Of a DNA stretch of 64,000 nt, positions 53,408-64,000 are shown piece by piece. The position numbers and the translations under genes are program-made. The notes beneath the pieces are model-generated. The model saw nothing but the letters and a program-made list of their open reading frames with translations, was not told the DNA's origin and ran no database searches. This stretch comes from Callorhinchus milii (lineage: Eukaryota). The stretch is from NCBI RefSeq assembly GCF_018977255.1, contig NW_024704742.1:34102001-34166000 (forward strand). The letters run 5' to 3'. Within the stretch, counting starts at the first letter, position 1. Each line of letters starts with the position of its first letter.

Positions 53408-55380
53408 TCCACCACATCCCGACTCCTCCGTCCCCCCCGCCACCCCGCGCAGGTCATCTCCTCCAACCTTCACTGCGAGGAGATGCTGGATTTCCTTGAA
53501 TCCAAGATCAAGGGAATCCGCTCCGCGGTCACTTCCCCTCCAACTTCCACCCACCACCCACCCCTTCCCTCCCACACTCCGACTCCTACCCATCCTCCCC
53601 TACACACCTTCGTACCCGTTTCCCCACCCTCTGTCACTGAACTCATCCTATCCCTAAAACCAACCACCTGCTCCCTTGACCCCATCCCCACTCCACTCCT
53701 TATCTCCCAGCTCCATTTTCTTGCCCCACACATCACTGACATCATAAACCTGTCCCTCTCCTCTGGCTCTGTCCCCATTCCATTAAAAACTGCCATCATC
53801 ACGCCCACCCTGAAAAAACCCTCCCTTGATGCGTCGCAGCTATCAAGCTACCGGCCCATCTCCAACCTCCCCTTTCTCTCCAAAGTCTTGGAAAGAGTTG
53901 TCGCCTCCCAACTGCGCTCTTTCCTCTCCACCCATTCTCTTTTTGAACCCCTTCAGTCAGGTTTCCGTGCTGCTCATAGCACAGAAACTGCCCTGGTCAA
54001 GGTCACCAATGACATCCTGACCATCTGTGACCAGGGCTCCCTCTGTCTCCTCGTCCTCCTCGACCTATCGGCAGCATTCGATACGGTCGACCACACTATC
54101 CTACTCCACCGCTTGTCCTCCCACCTCAACCTTCAAGGCACTGTCCTTGAATGGTTTAGGTCGTACCTTTCTCACCGTCTTCACTTCGTCTCAACGAATG
54201 GCTTCTCCTCCACCCCCCGTACTGTCTCATGTGGTGTCCCTCAGGGCTCTGTCCTCGGTCCCCTCCTCTTCACCCTCTATATGCTCCCCCTTGGTGACAT
54301 CATCCGCAAACATGGGGTTAACTTCCACATGTATGCGGATGACACCCAACTCTACCTTTCCTCCTCTACTCTCAACTCCACGACCACCGATGTCCTGACA
54401 GCCTGCCTGTCCGACATCGAGTCCTGGACGAGAGACAACTTTCTTCAGCTCAACGTGCAAAAAACCGAGGCCCTCCTGATTGGCTCACGTCAGCGCCTCC
54501 GCACCTCAGGCGCTGACACCATCAGCATCCAAGGCTGCACTCTCCACCTCTCAAAGCCAGTCAGGAACCTCGGCGTTTTGTTCGACCCTGAGCTGTCCTT
54601 TCTCCCTCACATCCGCACCACAACTGGCACCGCCTTCCATCACCTCCGGAATATCGCCAGATTACGGCACTACCTCACCCCTCACGCTGCTGAAACCCTG
54701 GTTCACGCCTTTGTCACCTCAAGGCTGGACTATGGGAACTCTCTCCTCGCCGGCCTTCCCGCCACCTCCCTCCACAAGCTGCAGGTCATTCAGAACTCTG
54801 CAGCTCGTGTACTGTCCCGCACCAGGCTTCGGGACCACATCACTCCCACCCTCGCTCGCCTCCACTGGCTCCCCATCCCCCAGAGGATTGATTTCAAGAT
54901 CCTCATCCTCACCTACAAGGCCATTCACGGCCTTGCTCCCTCCTACCTCTCCAACCTACTATCCCCCTACCTACCTGCCCGTACCCTCCGTTCCTCTGGC
55001 TCCGGTCTGCTCCACGTCCCCCGCCCCAACCGCCCTACTATCGGTGGTCGGGCCTTCAGCCTCTCAGCCCCGAGGCTCTGGAACTCCATCCCCCAGTGCC
55101 TTCGCCTTGCTTCCTCCCTTTCCTCCTTCAAGGCCGGTCTCAAAACCTTTCTCTTTGACCGTGCCTTCAGCTCCCCTCTCGACTCTCTTCCTCCTCCTCG
55201 CTCCCTCCCTTCCCTCCCCTCACCCTGACCATTTCCCCCTCCTCTCTCCCTCCCTTCCCTCCCCTCACCCTGACCATTTCCCCCCTGCTCGGGTCATGAC
55301 CCAACTGTGCAGCGCCTTGGGACGTCCTCCTGACGTGAAAGGCGCTCTATAAATGGAATCTTGTTGTTGTTGTTGTTGTT
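53408..55380 (+). mobile_element. young 5'-truncated L2-clade LINE
   Basis: Sharp switch to C-rich sequence at ~53408; RT ORF; 3' UTR with tandem duplication, stem-loop and (TTG)n; candidate TSD TTACCT at 53402-53407 and 55379-55384. Confidence 0.96.
53483..55228 (+). CDS. L2 ORF2 fragment: reverse transcriptase domain and C-terminus, endonuclease absent (truncated)
   Basis: 581 aa with [73 protein letters not shown]; frame stays open upstream to the junction, so the ATG is internal. Confidence 0.93.
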   Translation: MLDFLESKIKGIRSAVTSPPTSTHHPPLPSHTPTPTHPPLHTFVPVSPPSVTELILSLKPTTCSLDPIPTPLLISQLHFLAPHITDIINLSLSSGSVPIPLKTAIITPTLKKPSLDASQLSSYRPISNLPFLSKVLERVVASQLRSFLSTHSLFEPLQSGFRAAHSTETALVKVTNDILTICDQGSLCLLVLLDLSAAFDTVDHTILLHRLSSHLNLQGTVLEWFRSYLSHRLHFVSTNGFSSTPRTVSCGVPQGSVLGPLLFTLYMLPLGDIIRKHGVNFHMYADDTQLYLSSSTLNSTTTDVLTACLSDIESWTRDNFLQLNVQKTEALLIGSRQRLRTSGADTISIQGCTLHLSKPVRNLGVLFDPELSFLPHIRTTTGTAFHHLRNIARLRHYLTPHAAETLVHAFVTSRLDYGNSLLAGLPATSLHKLQVIQNSAARVLSRTRLRDHITPTLARLHWLPIPQRIDFKILILTYKAIHGLAPSYLSNLLSPYLPARTLRSSGSGLLHVPRPNRPTIGGRAFSLSAPRLWNSIPQCLRLASSLSSFKAGLKTFLFDRAFSSPLDSLPPPRSLPSLPSP

Positions 55381-55555
55381 ACCTAAAGAATCAAAGTGTA
55401 TTCCTCTTTGAGTCCCTGATGACACAGTGTGTATTTCCAGCATTCTCTATTCCTTTTCATTTGTAGCAATTATATATATTATATATAGTTTATTTATTAA
55501 TTATATATATATTATATTATATTGTATGTTGTTCGTAATTTGTAATAAATATATT

Positions 55556-56215
55556 ATAGAATCAAGAATCATAGAATAATACATAACAGAAGGAGGCCAT
55601 TTGGCCCATCGAGCCTGTGCCAGATCTTTGGAAAAGCTACCCAATCAGTCCCCCTCACCTACTCTTTCTCCATATCCTTGTAAATCTTTCCTTTTCAAGT
55701 ACAACAACAACAAACAACAAAATTACATTTATAGAGCGCCTTTCATGTCGGGAGGACGTCCCAAAGCGCTGAACAGTCAGATGTCGGGACCCGAGCATGG
55801 GGGGGGGGTGGTGTAGGGGTGAGGGAAGGCAGAGAGGTGGGAGGGAGACCAAAGGGACGGTCGAAGAGAAGGATCTTGAGACCGGCCTTGAAGGAGGCAA
55901 GGGAGGAAGCGAGGTGAAGGGATTGTGGGATGGAGTTCCAGAGTGTGGGGGCAGAGAGGCTGAAAGCCCGACCACCGATGGTAGGGCGGGTCAGGAGGGA
56001 GACATGGAATAGACTGGAGCCTGATGAACGGAGGGAGCGGGCAGGTTGGTAGGGAGTCAGCAGGTCAGAGAGGTAGGAGGGGGCAAGGCCATGGATGGCC
56101 TTAAAGGTGAGGATGAGGATCTTGAACTCGATCCTCTGGGGGGAATGGGGATGGAATGAAGATAGTACCTATCTAATTCCCTTTCGAAAGTTGTTATTGA
56201 ATCTGTTTCCACCAT
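55556..56215 (-). mobile_element. CR1 3' tail fragment interrupted by an L2 insertion
   Basis: AGAATCATAGAAT...AGAAGGAGGCCATTTGGCCCATCGAGCCTGTGCCAG...TTTTCAAGTAC, resuming AGTACCTATCTAATTCCCTTTCGAAAG...TTCCACCA. Confidence 0.8.
55702..56163 (-). mobile_element. L2 3' portion with candidate TSD AGTAC
   Basis: Diverged reverse complement of ~54870-55380; AGTAC at 55698-55702 and 56164-56168. Confidence 0.9.
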
Positions 56216-57290
56216 AAATCTATTATATTATAAATTTGCCCAAAATAAGCATATCCACACATTAAATTTGACAGAATCCATGTTTGCATTTTGGTGTGAA
56301 TCTATTGATATAATAATAATCCTTACATTTGATTTACTATAAAGTGTATATTTTTGTAGGCAAACAAAATGAACTTTGAAGAGAAAGGCTGAGGGTTACC
56401 AACTCCTGTTACCAATATTCAGTGCAGGCTTCTTTCATGATATTCACACCTCCACAGACACTTGATGTATATGTAAACGCTCACTTGGTACAAGATAATG
56501 TGTTAGCTGCAGAAAGATTCACAGCATAGTGCATGAGATGAAGTAACCTGCATTGGATGACAATACAACCCAAACAGCAGAAAAACAAGCAACATATTAA
56601 TCTGTGAATTAAGCAGGACATTACAATGGAGAACAAATTTAGGTTTGGTGCACATGCAGGGCTAGCATACTAATACAGAATGTAACCTTCAAATCTGATC
56701 ATAATTCTGAATTATCAATAGAGGACAGAATTATCACAAGGGCAAAATGTCAAATGCTCTGAAACCAGGTTAATTTGCCTGGGCAATGCTGCAACTGAAT
56801 TTTCATCAGCTCAGTTCAGATATTCTACAGATTTAAAGTGTTTATCACAATATATAAACCCACACCGGATGGGGGAAAAAACTTAGCAGAGAGCAGAATT
56901 TTCACCTGTACGATTGAGAGTGGCCTCACAATTTCAGTGATTTGATCTGGGATCAAGTTCAATGGGTTGAGGTCAGCTCAGGTCAAATTGATCTGAAAAT
57001 CCTAACCACCTCTGATTCACTGAAACCTGCTAACAATTTTTTCCTCATACACAATTGCTCTGACATAAGTGAGTTTAAGCCAACGTTATTACACGCCAGC
57101 AGGACAAACATTTAGCGCGCAGTGTGATAACATAAACACTGAAAGTGCTTCTCCATCTGCAATTATTCTCAAAATTGTCTGTATGCAGGCAATTCATAGC
57201 AGTGTAGCATAACTACAGCTAGTACTGAGTAACTGAACCTGATAGTAGCAGTGGCATTTCTTTCCATGCGGTGCTTCCCCCTCTAATTTG

Positions 57291-57356
57291 CTTCTCTTCT
57301 CTTCTCTTCTCTTCTCTTCTCTTCTCTTCTCTTCTCTTCTCTTCTCTTCTCTTCTC
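57291..57356. repeat. (CTTCT)n microsatellite
   Basis: Directly visible, about 13 units. Confidence 0.98.
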
Positions 57357-58279
57357 AGGAACGCAATGGGGTTTAATTTAAATGCCAGTAAAAGATATGT
57401 CACTTCATGCCAGACATAAGTTCCATCTTCTACTGGGAACTTCATGCGCGTCATGGTAAGATGAAAGACCTTGACTCCAATCTAAGATCTGCTTAGAGAT
57501 CGGCTCTCTTGAGTTGCCGAGTCGGACATGGGGCTTCCTGCAGGAGATATACGTTTGGCCCTCCGATGCTTTATCTGACAAGAGGCACTATTTATACTGC
57601 TATTTTCCCAACAAGAGGTTTTTATTATGGTAGTCAATTCATTGGTCAATTCAATGTGTCAGCAACCTAATCATACCTAGTCAAAGTAACCGTTCTTCAC
57701 AGATGACTCAACAGTGAGCATCCCACCACGTATAAGATCCGCTAACTCAGCAGAGTAGGAATCAAACTCGTCACCTTCCTAATCTGTGTGGCTCAGCACT
57801 ATTCTGAATTCTACTGTTACAAAATTAGCGACTGGGAAAAGTACCAGAATGTTTAATTGTTATTTTTCTTCCATCTGCTTTGCTATTGTGGGCCAGACTT
57901 TCCTCAGCAGCTAAATCAAGGTGAAACTTGTTTCAGGAACCCCCACTCTATAGTTAAATTTGGGGAGAATTTGATGCTATTTGTAGCTCTTCTTAACTGT
58001 GCACTTGTTTAGATCTTTGGCCTTATCTGTCAGCAATAACAGCAATCCCAATACAAACTACCAAAAATGAACTTCTAAAATGGCCTGATGGCAATTGATT
58101 ATAAACAAGACTGCTTGCCCATAATGAGGACATCTTTGCGAAGGCACCAGGCCATGAATATGTAAGGTACTCTTTACTCTTTGAAGGCACAGTACCTCAT
58201 TGCTTTTTTTGCTTCTCCAGGTTAGGGAGAGGGGTAGGAAACCCAATATGGATTCCTACAAAGGTAGCTTGATACATGG

Positions 58280-59025
58280 GTTACATCTACATGGGCTGAA
58301 ATATGGCAAATTAAGTTTAATACAGATAAATGCAATGTCCTACATATAGGAAGTAAGAATAGGAAATACATGCACTCCATGCATGGGATAGATGCCAAGG
58401 GATAAGTTGAAAGAGGTCCAGGAGTGTTGGTTTGTTCGTACAAACCAATCTTTTGATCTTTTGATGGTGGCAAACATGATAGAGTACAAAAGTTGAAAAA
58501 ACATGGTAAATTTATGTAAAATCATAAGTATTGCAGTTCTGGTTGCCATACTACAGGAAAGATATTGTAGAGAGGGCACAGAGTAGATTTTTACCATAAA
58601 TGAGTGAGTACAGCTATCATGGAAGATTGGACAGGTTAGAGCTTTTCTCTCTGGACATGAGTTAATTGAGCAGAGACCTGATAGAAGTGTTTAACATTAT
58701 GAAAGAATAAATGATAAGGTGGACATCAACAGGCTGTTTCTTCTTTTTAGTGAGTCTGAGACAATGGAGCATAAATATAAGATAGCCAACGGAACATCTA
58801 AAGCAGAGTTTGGGAGGAACTAACTGCTAGAAGCTTTATTTGAATATTAACATAGTTAAGAGGAAACTTGGTGCATATATGAGAGAGAAGCGAATAGAGG
58901 TGTATTTGAGAGGGTAGTCTAGGGGGAGTGGAGCTCATGTGGAATATAAATATTGGCATGAACTAGTTGGGCTAAATGGCCTGTTTCTTTGTTGTAATGT
59001 TTATGCAATTCTATGTAACTCTGTA
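58280..59025 (+). mobile_element. old CR1 3' portion
   Basis: WAEIWQIKFNTDKCNVLHIG; RLDRLELFSL...RDLIEVFNIMK; tail GGGCTAAATGGCCTGTTTC...(ATTCTATGTA). Confidence 0.85.
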
Positions 59026-59092
59026 TAACATGAGGATCAAAGTATAACAGCATTACAATATTTTACATAGAATCTTCTGTGAAGCACTTTGA

Positions 59093-59897
59093 GACAATTC
59101 AGAAATCAGCATGGCTGAAAACGAGATAATACAAAATAATAATAAATAATAATAATCCTTAAATTTTATATAGAGTCTTATCACATCTTTGAGATGTCTA
59201 ATAATTGAGGTTGAGTAACCACACTTTTTTTAAAAGGGTTTACCAGCCCTGGAAAAGTGATCCGCCAAATGTCTAAATAGAAATGCCTATTTAACCACAA
59301 TTATTTCACAAAATACCATACAGTTTACATTTGTATCATGCCTTTCACATTGAGAGGACATCTCCAAGCACTTGATGTGATAAGGCGCTATATCAAATGC
59401 AGGGATTATTATTACTATTATTGTTATGCATAATTGCTGTTGGTTTTTAGATAAATGCTGAGTTGGTAACATTCATTTTGCTCATTTTCTACCAAGAAAC
59501 TCATTACATTTGCTGAAAAATCCTGAATCACTAAAACACCTCTAATCAGAGCACCGGAAGAATGAATTGTGTCTTTTTACATGATTCCTCTGTATAAAGT
59601 ATGTTATATCAGATGTGTACATGAATAATTTAATAATATTACTAAGTAAAATACACAATAGATTTTCCACTGTGAAACACAGTGCTACCATATTGTGGAC
59701 TTCACCTGAGTGTTTTCGATGATCTGTGGCACCAGTATCTACTGTACAACTGAAGATTGTAGGTGATATGAGTTCTGAGTGTGTGAAAGGCACTATATAA
59801 ATGTAAACTATGTTGTATTTTGTGAAATAACTAAATAGACATTCTAAACAGACATTTTATTTAGCTTGTTTTCAGCCATGCTGATTTCTGAATTGTC
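59093..59897. repeat. inverted duplication: 59093-59122 plus 59267-59349 versus ~59781-59897
   Basis: 59093-59122 is the exact reverse complement of 59868-59897 (30/30); 59267-59349 is a diverged reverse complement of ~59781-59857. Confidence 0.85.
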
Positions 59898-60519
59898 ATT
59901 CGTCCTCAGAAGTTGCTGATAATATTCCCCATCAACCCTTCTTCACCTACTTACCATATCAGCCAGCGGAGGTTACCCCTCCTGCAGCCCCCACATCCCC
60001 CCAGCACATTTTCCAGCCTTTGATGCTGTATCAAAAGATAGGATAAGTCTGGTCTCACTGGAGTTCTTCTCCAATTATTTCTGGAGGGCAATTATTTCCC
60101 AAATACATAGGGGTTTATTTTAAGGTGATTACTAAATGTAACAGTCCTTGTTACCTCTTTATATGGGGAGATCCCATTGTAAACGAATAATGAAACATCA
60201 CTGTTAATTTGTGATTGGCAGGGAATAAAGCCATAAATGCACATTCTCAGGTCCCTATCTGGGGGTCAGGTTATCCTGTTTTGAAACTAAACCGTTTCTG
60301 ACCTTCTTAGTTGCAGCAACAGTGTTGACTAGATTAGTTTGCTAAATAATATTATGATCACCGCTGTAATTTTATGTCTGTTTTGGGTAATGATGAAAGA
60401 CAAAGAAAGGTTCAGTGATGAAACAATTCATTCTTACAAGAACTCTTACAAGTTTCCTTTCTGTTCATAATTATTTCAACATTTATGCATGAAAGATAAT
60501 AAAAACTTTTGCTGCATTC

Positions 60520-60780
60520 TACAACACGACAGTATGTCCGCAGCCGATATTATGTTACATTTATTGAAACTCGATCCAAACAAATCTTGTGGCTCATACT
60601 GTCTTCTCCCCAGAGTTTTAAAGAAATGTGCCTACAGCTATTATCGCATCTATCGACTCTCCAGGATTTAACTGGACCAGGCTGCAGTCCCAGGTGACTG
60701 AAAAATGACCTACGTGGTGGCAAAGTTCAAAAAGGGTGAAAACACTGAGACTGAGATTAGAGACCTGTCAGTCCCACTGA
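60520..60780 (+). mobile_element. ancient CR1-type RT N-terminal fragment
   Basis: LLKLDPNKSCG...LPRVLKKCA, then VPGD*K...FKKG...RPVS. Confidence 0.75.
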
Positions 60781-61409
60781 TATGATAAAAGTGCAAAATG
60801 ATATGTGACATACAATTCAATCACTTTGATCAGTAAAAATGTTTACTGAATAAATTACACTTACAGTAATTACACTTGCCATTGGCAATATGATCTGAGT
60901 TTCAGGGTGCAGAATGAATGGGACTACCTAATATAGCAGACTTATTTACTGAGTGCTTGTTGACCCAAATGTTTAGTTGGTGTTCTGAAATACAGTGGAC
61001 CACCACCTTTTTGAGTTGAAATTCAGATCGGTGTTGCACATAATGCATTTGGAGTCATATGATTATAATGGGGAATCTCATTCAAGGCTGATATCACCAA
61101 AGGTGTTGTGCATAACACTAATTGGAATTCAGTCCACATATGTCTGTCTTTGGAAGCTGTCAAAAATCTTATATTGTGAGGAAACATTTAGAAACATATA
61201 AAGGTTTGGAGTGCTCCTGGTTTAGATGGTCAAGGTATTGACTTATATGGAACTGACCCACACAAAACAGGAAGGTCCCAGGTTTGATGCTTTGTCTGTC
61301 CTGAGTTAGTTGAAATCAATAGAACATAAGGAGGGTGGTATGATTGGTCTTGTGATCTCCTCAGCTGGGGAGGAGGCAAACTTAGCTGGGATCTTACGCC
61401 TTCGTCAAG

Positions 61410-61840
61410 CTTTACCGGCTCCCCATCTCCAGAAGGATTGACTTCAAGAACCTCACCCTCACATAAAAATCTCTTCATACCCTAACACCTCCTTACCTCT
61501 CTGACCTGCTCAAACCCTACTCCTCTGCCTGCCCCATTGTTCAGCAAACACAGGCCTGACTTCCGATCCTGATCCCTCCATTTGTTGATCGTGCCTTCAG
61601 CCACAACACCCATAATATCTGGAACTCCCTCCCTCCACTATCCCCCTCTCCCCCCCCCCCTTGCCCTTTACCTATCTTTAGATTCAAACTACATCTTCAA
61701 CCATGCCTTTGGTCACCTTTTCCTCCTCCTTTTTCCTGGGTCAGCATCCAACACCATCACTGTACAGCACTCTGAGATGTGAGCCTACACAAAGGGCAAT
61801 ATATCAATGCAAAGTGTTGTTCTTTTTGTTGTTATTGTTC
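61410..61840 (+). mobile_element. old L2 3' portion
   Basis: GGCTCCCCATCTCCAGAAGGATTGACTTCAAG...CCTTACCTCTCTGACCTGCT...GCCTTCAGCC...tail (TTG)n. Confidence 0.75.
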
Positions 61841-62254
61841 AGCTGTAATCCTCCTCTTTTCCTGCCTGAGTAGTTCATTGACATTCACAGTCTGAACTCA
61901 CACGTAAAGAATGGTCATTGGTTGGTTTTGCTGGAATAGATCCTAGATCCATCACCTGTGGAATAACATAATAATAATAGTAATAATAATAATAATAATA
62001 ATCCTTGCATTTGATATAGCGCTTTTCACAAGCTCTGAAAAACCCGAATTTTCCAAAGTTTTGGCTTTTTTCAGCTTCTGGGATGTTTTCACATCGTGAT
62101 CTTACTAATTAATATGCAAATCATTGGTACACAAATTAATCAGTTTTGTTGAAAGGAAATAATGTTGTAATGTTCTTGGACTACCTTTAACATGGGCAGA
62201 ACACATAAAACAGTTTTTTTTTTGGGTCAATTCCCCTCTTGTGGAACATTGTAG

Positions 62255-62597
62255 TGTATTGCAAGTGAGAGGACCTAGTTTTGATTCCTGGTCAGAGTGA
62301 AATGTTAAACAAGTTTCCTTACTCCACATGTCTCTGTTTACCTAGCAAGTAGCAATCCGGTTGTTAGTTGATTAATGGATCGCTTTTCCGGGGGTAATAA
62401 TCCCTTTTAAAAAAAATTTGTCACTCAATCCACGACTGTTTGTGGGATGCTGCTGTGTGCAATTGGCTGCTGTGTTCCACCCACAAAATATACAGTCAAT
62501 TCACTTTACAATATACAGTATTCTGTGAAGTGCTCTGAGACTCTCGAAGATGTCATAAGGTACTTTATCAAATGCTATACCAATAATTATTATTACT
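62255..62597 (+). mobile_element. SINE-B copy
   Basis: GCAAGTGAGAGGACC...CAAGTTTCCTTACTCCACATGTCTCTGTTTACCTAGC...CTCAATCCACGACTGTTTGTGGGA...tail. Confidence 0.88.
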
Positions 62598-64000
62598 GAT
62601 TTCCTCCTATTTTTGGACACAAAAATATGAAATATGTCAAATCTCTTTTCTAATTTTTCAAGAGGCTGTCTATGAAAGTGCTTGAAAGCATTGGATTGGA
62701 TTAACAGTTGTTTGAACATTTATATCCTGAAATTTGGGGCTATACAAGGTGGATAACTTTCTGTGCTTTTATATATTGTAGATAAAAGAACAGATTTAAT
62801 GGACCTTAGTTAAAAATGGAAAATTCCTGAGCATGGCACAAGGTCAAACAAAAGAATAGTTCTATAATGTGTCTCAATGCTAATCTATTAAAATGAGTAA
62901 CCTATATTGTGAAATCCAACAGTTACAGTAGATCAGGATCAAAGTTCACAAACAATTACAGAGGAACCGATCCATTCATTACTAGCTGGTAAATCAATGT
63001 CAGCAGTAGCAAATGCTGTGAACACATGCATATGTTACATAAGTGACATCCCACCCTCCCCACCACCAAACACCCCCATCCCCCAGTCCTCCTCCCCACT
63101 CACACGTACATAAAAACGTGGAGATTTTGTTATTTATACATCACCTATCACTTGTGTAAAATGCAATTGTGAAAATGAATTTGATTTTCTCCAGAAGCGT
63201 CAACTGTAGATGGATGTTACGGAGCAACAATGGTTTCATTAAAGCAAATCTTTGCGAGTGCAAAGGCTTCAGTCTGCAAAGGATCACGCCTATCAGTAAA
63301 CGCTTCAAAACACAAGCAAAGCAGCAACACAGAATTCCTTACATTTTTTCACAGTGAATTTCTTGAACATGAGAATTTATTCATGAAATGAAATACACCT
63401 CAGTATTCCATGAAAAATGTAAGAAAAAGGGACTATTATTTTGTTGACTAGCCATACAAAGGCTGCATTTAATAGTTTCTTCCTAAAATCTAATTTGTAC
63501 ATTGATATTTAACATGCTCCAGATTTCTACAAAGTCTGTTATTCCTTAAAATATCAAAGAAGATTATGGTACTAATGCCATATTTGGTGTCTATGAAAAG
63601 TACATTTAATGTCATATTTAATTTTTCAAGAGGCTTCGTCTGTAAAAATGTTTGAAAGCACCAGATCAGGTTAACATGGTGGTTTGTGCAGTTATTCAAA
63701 TATTTCTATCAAGAATATCCAGAGCTGCACAATGTGGACAATTGCCTTTCTGCAATCTCCTCCTCTGTATGTCTCTTGTCCCCCCACCTCCAAGGTTGTT
63801 CACCCAAAATAACAGTGTAATTTGTTGACTTCCTGCTACTAGGTAGAGATAAAAACATACAGCACTGGGGAAATACAGAACAAGTCTGCAGCTCACTGCA
63901 ACCATGTGAGACCCTCGATAGACCATACGTTCTTGATTGTCTTCCTTCTCTCCCATCATTTAATTATGTAACATGTTCAGCATGTTCTATTTAAAACATT

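Noticed and set aside
53483..55228. RT as a retron, DGR, group II intron or domesticated host gene
   Set aside because: Motifs, 3' stem-loop, (TTG)n tail, 5' truncation and many related copies identify an ordinary L2 LINE; there is no accessory gene or template repeat.
54480..55352. 290-aa overlapping ORF
   Set aside because: Alternative frame of the C-rich L2 strand, which is depleted in stop codons; low-complexity S/P/T product with no domain.
57359..57455. Exon-like segment after (CTTCT)n-CAG ending ATG|GTAAGA
   Set aside because: All three frames contain stops and the pyrimidine tract is just a microsatellite; at most a non-coding or cryptic exon.

Overview
This window is AT-rich vertebrate genomic DNA, most likely from a cartilaginous fish, possibly a chimaera. 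That assignment is inferred from the Deu-type tRNA SINEs, shark-type CR1 3' tails and C-rich L2 elements. It reads as intronic or intergenic sequence, and I recognise no host protein-coding gene, operon, CRISPR array or true tRNA/rRNA gene. Nearly all short ORFs in the track are chance or repeat-derived. Retroposons dominate. (1) There is an L2-clade LINE family with a (TTG)n tail, including a very young 5'-truncated copy at 53408-55380 whose RT frame is uninterrupted. (2) There are several CR1-clade fragments. (3) An older ~440-bp tRNA/Deu-domain SINE ('SINE-A') is abundant. (4) A younger SINE ('SINE-B') has a different tRNA head and middle but shares the 3' half of SINE-A and an L2-type 3' stem-loop. 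(5) There are traces of a third, ancient SINE-like repeat, plus micro- and minisatellites. The most notable observations are a covarying 3' stem-loop shared by the L2 and the SINEs, the chimeric build of SINE-B, two independent inverted copies of flanking DNA inserted inside SINE 3' regions, and nested insertions with TSDs that order the families in time. A few repeat-free tracts carry enhancer-like motifs. I found no convincing evidence for a wholly new biological system. Boundaries of old repeats were read by eye and are approximate.
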